Below are positions 1-12,682 of a DNA stretch of 64,000 nt, piece after piece. A program made the translations under genes and the position numbers. The stretch lies in the NCBI GenBank assembly GCA_965246715.1, contig CBDFFH010000043.1, forward strand, positions 1 through 64,000, in the 5' to 3' direction. Under the pieces are notes generated by a model that saw nothing but the letters and a program-made list of their open reading frames with translations, had not been told where the DNA came from and did not search any database. How positions within the stretch are numbered: position 1 is the stretch's first letter; every line of letters starts with the position of its first letter. The stretch comes from Chamaesiphon sp. GTDB taxonomy: Bacteria > Cyanobacteriota > Cyanobacteriia > Cyanobacteriales > Chamaesiphonaceae.

Positions 1-677
1 AAAATAAAGACTGAAAATTTTGTTCGATCTGTTTGTTCAACTGCAGTTGGAGATGATCCTAGAGATGGAACACCTACGTGTGGATCATCTTCGACCGATT
101 TCATTGAATAATAAAATTCTAAAAGAGAGAAAAAGATAGAAATTCTCTCTTGTATATTCAAGGTCAATGTATGTCTACTGTGGTCAGTGCAGGAGAGAAA
201 AAAAAGATTCAAAATTTCTTTCGATCTACTCGTTCAACTATTGTCAGTGATGGTTCTGGAGATGGAAGATGTAGTTGTGGATAATGTTTGATTGATCTGA
301 TCTTCAATTCAAGCGTTAAAACAAGGAAATTTTCTCTTCATCATCGAATTTTTATGTAGACATATCTATATTGATCAACTTGAGAAAAATGATTTGCCTA
401 CTTGGTTAAACCATTGTTGGTATTGTGATTGGATGATATATGAGATATGCTGGAAGTGTTGGGTAGTGTTATTAGACGCTTTTGAATAGCGGATTTATTC
501 GCTCCGGAAAGGTTGTTCTGTTCAATTTTAGTTTTCCGATCGGGACATCAAGGCAATTTTCGAGTTCTGTAGAATTTTTGCGACAGATGGATAATGCTTT
601 CGATTCATTGCAACATTGTCTATTTCAGATTGTCATATATTTGCATACGTATTTATACGTGTAAATTTTGGAGGGCC

Positions 678-862
678 TGCAGAATTCTTACCCAGCAGAA
701 TTCAGAATTTTGTAATTCTCAGCAGAATTTTGGACGAATCTCTCTAAAATCCAAACAGAATTCTGAACAGAATTCTAAAAATCAAACAGAATTTTGAACA
801 GTGGAAATGAAATTCTGCTGAGAATTACAAAATTCTGAATTCTGCTGGTTAAGAATTCTGCA
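678..862. repeat. ~52-bp inverted repeat built of CAGAATT(C/T) units (MITE-like, or a Helitron subterminal structure)
   Basis: TGCAGAATTCTTACCCAGCAGAATTCAGAATTTTGTAATTCTCAGCAGAATTT at 678-730 is matched, with about one mismatch, by its reverse complement at ~810-862. Confidence 0.75.
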
Positions 863-874
863 ACTGCTGAAATT

Positions 875-3800
875 TTGAAATTAGAAATGAATGTACAGCC
901 GTGCTTGTTTTGCTCTAAACAGTGCACAAATGTCTGTTGCTCACAATGCAATCAAATGAACCGCAGTCAAAAATTTGCCCAATTACTTTTGGTTTTTGAA
1001 AAATGCTCGAAGAGCGATGTGCATCATGCTGATATTGTTTCCCTTGTCCAACGAATTCGACAAGTAAAGTTTTCGTAGAAATATTTACATTTCAAGTAAA
1101 GTCTTGAAGGTCGAATCAATTGTGGCACCAATTGAATTCTATCCAAATCAAATTTTTGATCAGAGGAAACACACTGCAGATTTTATAGCCATGGAATATG
1201 TTGAAAAAGCTGTTAATGATGTGCATCATCTCGTTCCCGCTAAAGTTCCTGTTGATGGAAACTGTTTGTACCACTCTATTATTCTTCTAATGGATAATTC
1301 AATAGTTACAGTAGCTGAATTACGTGGTAAATAAATTCGTGTCTCATTCACATTATGGCACAGTTTCTGCTTGAACAATTTTAGTTCGAACGATTGTAGA
1401 ATTGGTTACAAACGAGCGCTATTATTCAAGCAAGTATTACCAGTTTGCCGGACTTGTCGACGATGCCATTCAAGCCGTTTGCAAAAATAACACTTTTTCG
1501 GAATTGTACGAAATGGGTGCACTATGCAGTTTGCTCAAATGCAATATACGAAGTGTCTGTCCAAATATTGATATTCGAGAGGATATGGCTATTGTCAATA
1601 GTGTCATCACACCTATTCCATCTGTTATCGCTAATTGTTCCATCACAATCTTGTGGTCTCACGCCTACAATGAAATAAAGGCAAGAATGATTAATAATAC
1701 CAACTGGAGTCCCAACCATTTTGTTCCACTTATGTTACCATTTGACCAAAACGAAATACATCATAACGATCAATCAAGCTTAGCTCTTGTGGTAAGTTAC
1801 ATATATACGTAAATGTACGCGAAAGAGAGTTTGAAACGATTGAAATCTCTTTAGACTCCTGAAAAAAAGACTTTTAAAAACAATGCTATTATACAAGTAC
1901 GAATTCCTGAATTTCAATTATCTCCTAGCAGACGTTTACGAAGTGAAGTCAACATGATGAATAATTCATCTCAACCGATCATATCTACTGTAATGGAAGA
2001 AAATCAGAACAATAAAGAACAACAACGACATCAAAATCAACTTGAAAAGAAAAGAGAACGCTCTCTTTTCAGCCGGATGAACGAGGCGGAAGAAGAACGT
2101 GAAAATCGACTTAAAAAAGAAAAGAATCGAAGTCAATCAATCCGAACGAACGAAACAAAAGAACAGCGTCAAAATCGACTTGAGAAGAACATGGATTGAA
2201 ATCGATCGGACCGAATGAGTGAAACGGAGGAAGAACATCAAAATCGACTTGAGAAGAACATGGATTGAAATCGATCGGACCGAATGAGTGAAACGGAGGA
2301 AGAACATCAAAATCGACTTGAGAAGAACATGGATTGAAATCGATCGGACCGAATGAGTGAAACGGAGGAAGAACGTCAAAATCGACTTGAAAAGGAAAAG
2401 AATCGAAATCGATCGAACCGAATGAGTGAAACGGAGGAAGAACATCAAAATCGACTTGAGAAGAACATGGATTGAAATCGATCGGACCGAATGAGTGAAA
2501 CAGAGGAAGAACGTCAAAATCGACTTGAAAAGGAAAAGAATCGAAATCGATCGAACCGAATGAGTGAAACGGAGGAAAAACGTCAAAACCGACTTGAAAA
2601 GGAAAAGAATCGAAATCGATCGATCCGAACAAATGAAACGGAAGGACAAAATCAACGACGACTAGAGCAACAAAAACAGCGAAGTAAAACGAATAGAGCT
2701 TCAAAAAAAGCTCAAAAACGTGCAACTGGAATTCTTGATGGTCAGGAACAAAATACTGATCAACAAACGGTTGAGATAGGATTTGACTCATGCGACAGCA
2801 CCGATACGAATCATTCTATCCCTAACGAGATATCCTCCAGAGGAAGAAAAAAATCCGTGCACACATTATGGCCAGAACCAATATCTCGTACGTTGAAGGA
2901 GACCTGCTTGCAAAAATTTATAAAACAAATGTCCATGTCAGAACTGGCTGAAGTTTCTTGTGCGGTTTGCAACGTCCGCATTTCAGTGCAAAACTCGAAA
3001 AAAGTACCACTATCGAAAATCTCTAATATCCATTTACTAAAAGTCTCCGATGAGTTCAAAAATTTAATTCGAAGTATCCAGTCATCAAATACTGAACATT
3101 CAAATGTAGAGATCTTACCTACTTCGAAAAATAATAATACATCTACGAGTAGACACAATCAAAGTAAGATTCACGGATGTAATATTTGAATTTTTCGATA
3201 ATATCTGATAATTTTAGGTCCTTCAACTTCCAACCGATCGTCTTTTTATTTCGAGAATGATATTTTTTTATATAGCAATGGTTTGTTTCAACAGAACAGA
3301 ACCAACATGTGCACACTTTGTCAAAAATGTCACAGTGCTCTGTTGAAAGAACACATTCCAAAATTTTCAGTTGCTAACGATATATGGTTAGGTGAGGTGC
3401 CCGCTGAATTGCAAGATCTAACAATTCCAGAAGAAAAATTAGTGTCACTTTATCGTCATAATAGCTGTGTGATAAAACTTCATTCACCTTTTCATTCAGC
3501 AACAACTGCGCAAACAGCTTTGAAAGGCAATTGCATCACTTTTCTTCAAAATATACCGAACATTGTTACTAGTCTACCACTTGCGCTTGACGATCTGTGT
3601 GAGACAGTCAAAGTGATTTTTGTTGGAGCTCGTCCACCTGAGCGTATCCATCTTAAAAAAATCTTAACAGTACGCAAGAAAAAAATAGTTCATGCACTGA
3701 ATTGGTTGAAACGATACAATATTCTGTACCAAAACATCGAAATCAATGTGAAGAATATTGCTCAGTTGCCTGAAGACGATGTGCCGGAATCTATTATGTC

Positions 3801-6800
3801 AACCATGGAACAGAATATAGATGCTGAAGAAATTCAAACTGAACGAGTTGGATACGTCCCTGATCCATTATCTAATCCAACAGAATATATTAATACAGAG
3901 GCCATTCCTATTAGTAATAGGTGAGATCTATCATTAAAGGGACTATTTCAAATATCCTTTTCTCACTAGTGGCGTTCTTGATGTCAACGGTTCAACAATC
4001 TCTTCTGATGATATTACGAAATATTTTTTACTCAAAATGAAAGATAACGAAATAGAAGAAAAAATGGACGACGAACGCGTTTATATGATTCCTCATTCTT
4101 CCAAGCCTGTTAATGAGTATTTTAATCCAAAACTATTAGCTGGTCTGTATCCAACTTTATTCTGTTATGGACGTGGAGTACCTGAAAATCAATCACGTCC
4201 AATTGAAGTAACTTTACGAGAACATGTCCGTTACCTGTTGTCTTATAGTGATCGACGCTTTGAAAGAAGTCACAGTTTTATATTTGTGATCTTCAATATA
4301 TTACAACGGCGTGATGCTTGCTTTCAGGCGAAATTGATAGCTACAAAACCTTACTTTCAATCATCTGCTCAAGAACTTCTATCTTTAAGTAGCAACGACA
4401 TTGAAACTGCTCTTAATAATACATCTAATAAAAGAAACGGTATGGAATCAAACAATGCATTAAACAAATTATTAAATCATATTCGAACCATCGGCGGTCG
4501 AGTTATGGGTTCGACATATTCACGTATGGCTTTGCGTACTAAAATTCATGCACTCATTTATAATCAATGTTTACCTAATATATTTCTTACTTTAAATCCA
4601 GTTGATATTCATAGTCCTGTGGCATTGTACTTTGCGGGTGCCAAAATCGATTTGGATAACATTCAAACAGAACAACTTCTGGATACTTTTCGAAGAGCCG
4701 AAATTATTGCTTCTCATCCTGTTGCTACCGCCAAATTTTTTCGTTTATTAATTACTAGTATATTGGATACTATGATTGTTGGCGGCGTACTTGGCCCAAT
4801 AAAAGCTTACTTTGGTACCGTTAAGAGCCAAGGACGAGGTTCTCTTCATTTGCATCTCCTTGTTTGGTTGGATCATGATTTGAAACCAACTGATATGAAA
4901 GAGAAAATTCAAGATGCTGATTTTCGCGAAAAACTGAAAGCGTATTTAGAAGACATTATCAAAGAAGACTTGGATGACTTCAAGAACGAAGACGTTTCCG
5001 AGAATCCTAACAGTATGGAACATCTTCTTTCTCTTTGAATATCAATTTACATTTACATTTTTACAGTAGGACGATCATTCAGTACTCCTCCACGATCATC
5101 ACAAGACAACATCTATACGGCGATACGTACTATTGATTTAACAGACTTTGCGGAAAGTATATCTCGGTCACCTGTTTGGTCAACACCTGAAAAACAAGGA
5201 CTATCTCCATCGATTCCTTATGTTTCTCCATTATGGACTAGATCGTTACAAACACCGACACATGATCAATCGAGGACTGGTATGATATAGTTAATATTTT
5301 AAAAAAAGACGAAGTATTTATCAATATTTCAGACATCGACGTTTCTCATAATCATTCAAATCTTATCCCATCTTGCTTACCTACTCCAAATCCATTGTCT
5401 CCTAATTTTGCAGTCCGATTTCGTGAAGATGTAGTGCGGTTGGTTGAAGCAAGTAATGTTCACAAGCACAGCGACACATGCTATAAATACTGGAACGCTA
5501 ATCGCGGTGACAAGAAGAGCTGTCGAATGCGAATGCCACGCAAATTGATACTGGTCATATTTCTATGCGGCGTTCCGATCCATGGATCAACAATTTCAAT
5601 GAATATCTCATCGCAGCCTGTCGATCAAACATGGATATTAAATTTATTTGGAGTGGTAGCGATGCAAAAGCTCTTGTTTATTATATCACTGATTATGTGA
5701 CAAAGATGAGTCTATCTTTTCATGATACACTTGCTCTTGTGCAAAGAAGCGTTGTATCACTCAATAATTTATGGGATCAGACAGACAAGGAAATTGCAAT
5801 TGAAAAGTCACGAAAACTGGTTTTACGTTGTTACAATACTCTCGCTTCTCAACAAGAGCTATCTGGTGTTCAAGTCGCTTCTTATCTCATGAACTGGGAT
5901 GATCATTACACAACGCATAAATTTCAAGCCCTCTATCTATTCCAAATTGAACAGTTTTTGCAAACTCAACTAAATGAAATGAGCAAAAGACAAGCATTGG
6001 AATTTCCGGTACATGGTAAGTGTATTCGTCTTTCATTTGCTCTTTCAACATTGGTTATCATCTATAAAAGGGGTCATAAAAAATCCAAGTTTCGCGAAAG
6101 AGAATCAAAAGAGAAAAAAAAGGAAGTGAGATCATAATAACTAATATAATACAAATAATATAGGAAAGAGAGATGAATGAAGAAACGCATTTTTGAGAGG
6201 TGTGAACTGTCGAATATACTCTATGAGAGGATGACAAGGGGAAGGAGGAGAAAGAAAATCAATATTTCGTTTGTTTACAGGTGTGATTGACGATGATATA
6301 TATGATGATGGTGGTATCATCGATGATGAAAATCATGGCGAAGAACTGTTCCAAATTCAACCAGGTGAAAACGACAAAAAATTTGTACTTGTTAATACAA
6401 GAATTGATTATCAATATCGCTCCGCTGATCTCAATAATATGTGCGTTTACGATTTCGTCAGCACATTTTACAAGAAAAAAAATGAATGCAGCAGATGTTA
6501 AATATTTATCCAATATTGCAGAATCAGTGCAAGAAACTAACCAAAGAGGCCGACCACCTAACATACGTTATCCGTTCTTGGAACAGCATCCACAAGCAGC
6601 AACACATCTATTGATGAAGTACAGCGAGGATCATGTGCCTATTCTTTATGGGCCACAAATTCCTCGACGGGATCGTGACGATACTCGAGAACGATACAGT
6701 CGAGCTCTTCTCACACTTTTCGTACCTTGGCGCGTTGTTACAGATGTTTGTGATATTAATCAAACATGGGAAGATGCTTTTCATTCTCGACAAAACCGTA

Positions 6801-9233
6801 TTTCCATCCATTCATGGAAGATCATTGAGAATATTCAACTTTTACATGAATGTAAAAAAGATCGCGATGAACATTTACTAAAAGTCATTGCGGAAGCTCA
6901 AACTGAGAATGATGAAATTGATCCTGCTCTTTTGCCTGCAAACCGAGATATTAATGGCGAATGGGATGTGAACGAAAACGACGATTTACTCGAATTAATA
7001 GGTAGTTTAGGCGAATATACAACTATCGGAATTAATACAACCAAAAAATCAACAGAGAATCAATACATCGAAGAAACTATTGAAACAGTCGAGAGCGTAG
7101 GACGATTTACTCCTATGGATCGTGAGTGCAATTTCCAGATCGTTCATTAGATCGAAAACAATGGTAAAAATTTTTGTTTTAGCTATTCGCCAATTTCCTG
7201 TGAATAAATCCATTGATCTTACTAATCGACAACTTATACCGTTCGTTCCCGCAACACCCAACCTCGTCCAACTCAATAAGAGATGGCAAGAGCAGCTGAA
7301 GTCTGAGAAAGAAAGAACTAGAAGAGGTTTGGTTACAGGCAACTACACCGAGAGAGATGATACGCTAGATTTAAATAGTCAAAAAGATCCTCTTGTTACT
7401 GTGCTGAATTCAAATGCATACGATAAAAACATGTTTGAAAACTATGGCTCGATCCTTCCAGTGGCGTCTATTACATCTAGCTTTCCAACTCAGAAAAGTG
7501 TTGCCGATCAATTTACATTGAACAAAGAACAACGAGCGGCATTCATGATAATAACAAGTCATTTAGATGGTGACGGTCGATATCGCACAGGTAACCCTGT
7601 AGTACAAAGTACTATTTCTCAAAAAATACGATTTTTTAGGTGACAAAAAAGGTCAGCTTATAATGTGCATACCTGGATGTGGGGGTACAGGCAAATCACA
7701 ATTGATTCGTGCCCTTACCAAATACTTTCTTATTACAGAAAGACTACAGATGATGCGAAAGCTCGCACCTACTGGAATTGCAGCTGCGGAGGTAGATGGC
7801 ATGACGATTCATTCATTTTTAGGTGAACAGCGTAATTCTGGAAAGTCACGCATCATCAAGCCAGGTGATTCAAAACTTGAAAAAGAATGGAGACTCATCG
7901 AATATCTCTTGATTGATGAGATGAGTATGGTTGGCTTAACTCTTCTCGCAAAACTCAATCGAATCATTACTGCTGCAAAACATGTTGATCCTCAAGTCCC
8001 ATTTGGTGGTGTGAATGTCATCTTCTTTGGCGATTACTTACAATACCGACCTGTTTATGATGCACCATTGTATACCGATTTTTCATCCTCCTTCAAAAAG
8101 AAATCTGGTAAATTACCCACTGAAAAAGAAATTCAACAACGTGTGGCTCGCTCTTTAATTCTTCAAATAAACTGTGTCGTGAAACTTACTCAACAGATGC
8201 GAACCGAAGACTTACGATATCTACAATTGCTCGAACGTCTTCGTCATGGACAGTGTAACTACGATGATTACGAATTATTATTAATGAGAGTGATAGGACA
8301 ACCATCGATCGGCTCTCTACGTGATCCACCATGGAATGAAGTAAACTTTAGCCTTATGTTTAGAACAATCGTTTCGATTTTTGTCTTGTATAGGCCCCTA
8401 TTCTTGTATTTCGAAATGAAGTACGAACTCAATTGAACTACAGAGCAGCAATACATAGTGCAGTGAAATTGGAATGTGCACTCATGGTATGTGTCGCTCA
8501 AGACACTTGTCAAGGCAAACCAATTGAAGATCCAGTACTCGTTAAAAAATTGTTAGAATTATCCGATAGTAAAACAGAACATTTACCAGGATTTCTACCT
8601 TTTGTTCCTGGAATGCCTGTGATTTTAACGCAAAATATTGCAATTGAATTGGGTCTTATTAATGGAGTAAATGGAATTTTCAGGCAACTAGTCTACCAAG
8701 CGGATTCTTTATCAACAGATGCTTTATCAGAAATATTTCCAAGAAACGCACAATACGTACATCGACCCTTATACGCATTGATTGAAATTGCTAAATCGAA
8801 AATCGAATGTAATCTTGAAGAACTTCCGCCTAAACTTGTTCCAATACCGTTAATGGATCAAACATTTCGTGTAGACATTACTGACATGCTTCCAAACGAT
8901 AAGAAGTCGAAGTCAAATGGAAAACCAATTTTATCAATCAAACGACGTGCACTACCACTCGTGCCCGCTTATTGCATTACGACACATAAGAGTCAGGGCC
9001 AAACTTTGAATAAAGTCGTAGTTGACTTGAAGTTGCCAAATGAAACCGATGATATTGCTGCAGTCTATGTGCCTTTATCGCGTGTAAAACGTTTGACTGA
9101 TCTTATTATTTTACGGCCATTTGATTACAAGGCTTTGCTCATCAAACCAAACAAATTTCAACTCGCCGAAATGGAAAGACTCGATAAACTGTATTTAGAA
9201 ACACAAACGCGTTTTCTCGAATTGTTTAAATGA
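875..9233 (+). mobile_element. Helitron-type rolling-circle transposon with an intron-containing RepHel gene (OTU-like protease, charged repeats, HUH Rep, PIF1 helicase); decayed, termini not defined
   Basis: OTU-like motifs VPVDGNCLYHS (1104-1334) and NHFVPL. HUH motif GRGSLHLHLLVW (4037-5038) and Tyr motif YYITDYVTK (5565-6137). PIF1 motifs GCGGTGKS, LIDEMSMV, FGDYLQ and THKSQGQT (7663-9233). Short GT..AG introns lie between the ORF pieces, with in-frame stops and frameshifts (e.g. A-run at ~6480). Confidence 0.9.
2080..2650 (+). repeat. 69-bp (23-aa) tandem repeat inside the Helitron ORF, about 8 units
   Basis: Unit encodes MSETEEE(R/H)QNRLEK(EKNR/NMD*)NRS(N/D)R. The period is 69 bp, with equivalent codons at 2197, 2266, 2335, 2404, 2473, 2542 and 2611. 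Confidence 0.9.
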
Positions 9234-10855
9234 TTTTTTTGTGTGGCATGAAAATTTTTGCTATTCATGTCTTTTTTTCTGTTATTGATTTTGTTTCATG
9301 TCCACTCTATGTTCTATAGACTTGAACACTGGCTTTTTCTTTAGTATCTTCTATATAGTAGCATCCTTTTTCTTCTCTTGATTATAGTATAGAATGATAT
9401 GTGCTAGATATGCATGTCTTTTCGTTGGAATATCTATTTCTTTGTTTAGTTTACATAAATTAGATGCTTTTATATGGTATCACTGCTTTTAGCACTTTTA
9501 ATAAAAATAATCCTCGCTATAGTAGAAAATGATATCATTCATTGAGTTCCTGCACCGAACCACACAACTAGAGAGAAGCATAAATCTGATCAAAATATAA
9601 TTACATCATAAAAAAAGAATTATAATTGAAACCAGGGACACTTTGGTTTCACATCATATTTTGACTGTGTTTTCTAACTGAATCACACCTACGATAGTCG
9701 AGTATACATGCGAACACTCATTGGTAATTGGAAACAACATATTCTGTATTATTGCCATTATGAGAAAGAGTCAAATATGCTGTAAAACTTCAGCATAAAT
9801 TGATATAAATTTGAGCAGTCAGGATTTGACGTTATTTATGACTTTCATTGAAAGATTGATTTCTCTATGTGTTTTCAACTGAAAATCAATTAGATACTGT
9901 TCTCTAATTACTTCAATCTACCTGAAATTCTAAGAGGCTAATTTTGTTTTGTAACTACTTCATCTCAAAGAATCATCGATACCAGTGGTCATTTTATCTA
10001 GATAGTACCTACAAACCTATATTGATATAATACTATTATGAAGACAATCTGAACCATTCAGTCGAGGGTTGAGCGAGTTTCTGCGACGAGCGTTACTTGT
10101 GCATTAATTGTCGATGAACCTAGTGCATATAAATCATTGACGATTTGGTACAACGATTTACCAAGGACTTATGTTCCATCAGGAAGACAATAGCGACGTA
10201 GAAGAATGGGGAAACTTCAATGTAATGTTCGTCGATTTATCGTGATTAAGGGAATTTATACTGAACGTGAAACTGTTCGATTTCTACGATAAATATTTTG
10301 ATGGATAATTAAAGAATCGATACCAGTGATATCGTCATCGTTGTGGAAAATGAATAGTTCATTAAGATTTTCGTATCTAAATGAAAGAAAAACTTTGAAG
10401 ATATGTAGTTAACAAATAAAAAAATTAAATTTGTTTTTTAATCCAACATACATGTTATAATCGAAAAAAACGCTTCAACTATTCAGATATTCACGAGTTC
10501 TACATTACTCAACGATTTGACACAGTACTCATTTGGCTGCTGCTTAAAAAGATAATCGCAATTGATTTTATCCCAATGCTTTATTTGCCGGCGTCTATAC
10601 GATGTCTCGATAAACAATGATCGGTTTATTTTTCAAATTCTTGACATATTGTGCAACCTCTTTAAATTTTATTTCTGTTGTATACTATTAATTGAAGCAT
10701 CCAGAAATTTAAGTGACGAATGTTTTAATAAAACAATATTTGACAGTCTATTCTAATTTTATTTTTTAATCTTTGAAGAACAAACGAAAAACATGTATTC
10801 TACTGCTATCAACTAATAATCAAAAGTCTTTATATATAACACTCGATATCGATGA

Positions 10856-11596
10856 TCATGGTGTACCATTTGCTGACATTGGATTATTATGTGATTCAAG
10901 CGCATCATGTTGCCATTTATGTCGACTAGTGTAAAAGAAAAAAACTTGAATAAATTTTAAAAAACTTTTGATTTATTCTTACCGACATTCAAACCAAATC
11001 TAAACAAAGAAAACGAATAGATTAATATTTTTAAAAAAGCAAGATTTTATTACTTTAACTTGTTCTTCAGTCAATACAAGACGATGAGCAAGATGAATTT
11101 GTCCCCAACGTGTTAAATATCTATTTAGATTTATAAATAAATATGAAAATAGTCTTTTCTTACTTGGTATAATGAAATTGTTTTTCTAATTCAAGTATTT
11201 GATGATGTGTATAATTTGTTCGAATACGTTCATGTTCAGAATTAAATTCTATAAAGAAAAACGAAATAATAGTACAAATGTTTTAATCATTTCTATATGT
11301 TACATCTATGTATTGTTAATACATCATTTTTCTCAATTAACTTATGAATACTTAGTCTCATCCATGGATATTCATAATCAAGTATTGAGTTAGTAACTAA
11401 CTCAGAAAATGTTAATGATGATATCATATTATTTACCTGATAATGAAGCATCATTTGATGCTGGAAAAATCTCATCATTAATTGTTTGATTTTGTTCATG
11501 ATGGGATGTAGCTGTTTGTATCATATTCAAATTTGAAGATGTATTCATAGATGTTGAATCTTTATTTGTTGATGATGAACTGGAATCAATACACAT
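10856..11596 (-). CDS. Divergent Antp-class Hox-like homeobox gene, 6 exons (11596-11437, 11396-11352, 11248-11164, 11120-11054, 10999-10983, 10925-10856)
   Basis: Manual splicing at GT..AG introns gives ...DYEYPWMRLKFNSE-HERIRTNYTHHQILELEKQFHYTKYLTRWGQIHLAHRLVLTEEQVKIWFECRRHKWQHD... This has a YPWM hexapeptide, a recognisable homeodomain and an intron at the classic QVK/IWF position. Confidence 0.85.
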
Positions 11597-12682
11597 TGTC
11601 TTTGTAATAAAGAGAGAGAGAGAGAGAGTTAAATAATAATATTGTCTATAAAAAAAAATCACACACACATGTTTGGATCAATAAGAGAAACGTCAAATAA
11701 GTATATTAATAAAGAAGAGAATAACCTACTCACTCGTATTTAATTCCAAGCAATATGAATAGAAAAATATCAGATCGAAATAGTATTCAAAAAGAGAAAA
11801 AGAATAAATGATGTGTATACACATGAATATATATATGCTCAAGAGACGTCCTGGAATATGGACATGACCCGTGATGATACATGGGATCGGGCAAATATTT
11901 TTCAGCCATTTGCAATTCGAGAAAAGAAAAGTCTCTGTCCGATTTATAGCAGTTATTGATCTTTATGTTTCACTTATGTGACCTTTTCACCGAGGATTGA
12001 CCTCTCTCTTTGCTTTCTCCTGTGTGATCGCATCCGTATACGTTGTATTTAACAAAGAAGAGACAGACTTGTGAATGTGCAGATGATACATGGTACTATA
12101 GTGCCGAAAGCCATAGGCAATTACTGTCATAATTCATCGGACAACCAATCAATATCTTCTCTTTTTATGATAGACAATGTGTCTATTCTCTCGTTGTAGT
12201 ACAAGTATCTTTAAACACGTATTGATTCGACTTTTGCATATTGAGATGTTTGAAGTATTCTTTGATATTAAATGATGACGATAAAATTAGGTGATCCAAT
12301 CGTATAAGTATTATTTCAAATGTCATTTATTATTGTTCCTTATTTTGAGTCCAACTCGATTTGAAAATGTTCTACTACGCCTTATTAATTGAAGATCACC
12401 TATAATATTATGATTCCCTCTGCTATCCGTGGAAAAATCGACGTAGGAGGTTCTTAATACGCACAAAATCAATAGAACTCATTAAACTCAAAGAGAACAA
12501 AGTATCTGGGCACAATATTTGATGACAGGTTTGTGATTCTAATGGAGTTTTATTTGCAAAAAGATAATCACAGATACAACACACACACAAAACAATTGAA
12601 ATCAATTTAAATATGAATATGTCGCATTCGGGCAATCACTGCAAGTAATCGATCAATTTTTTCTAGAAAACGTTCAATTGGA

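Noticed and set aside
1..560. Minus-strand Pro/Ser-rich exon-like repeats of a host gene
   Set aside because: Similar short segments are visible (e.g. HYPQLHLPSPEPSLTIVE), but one contains stops and I cannot assign a family or gene model.
2080..2650. CRISPR array
   Set aside because: These are head-to-tail 69-bp coding repeats with no unique spacers and no cas genes.
2111..2791. Minus-strand ORFs of 226 and 172 aa
   Set aside because: They are antisense shadows of the tandem repeat.
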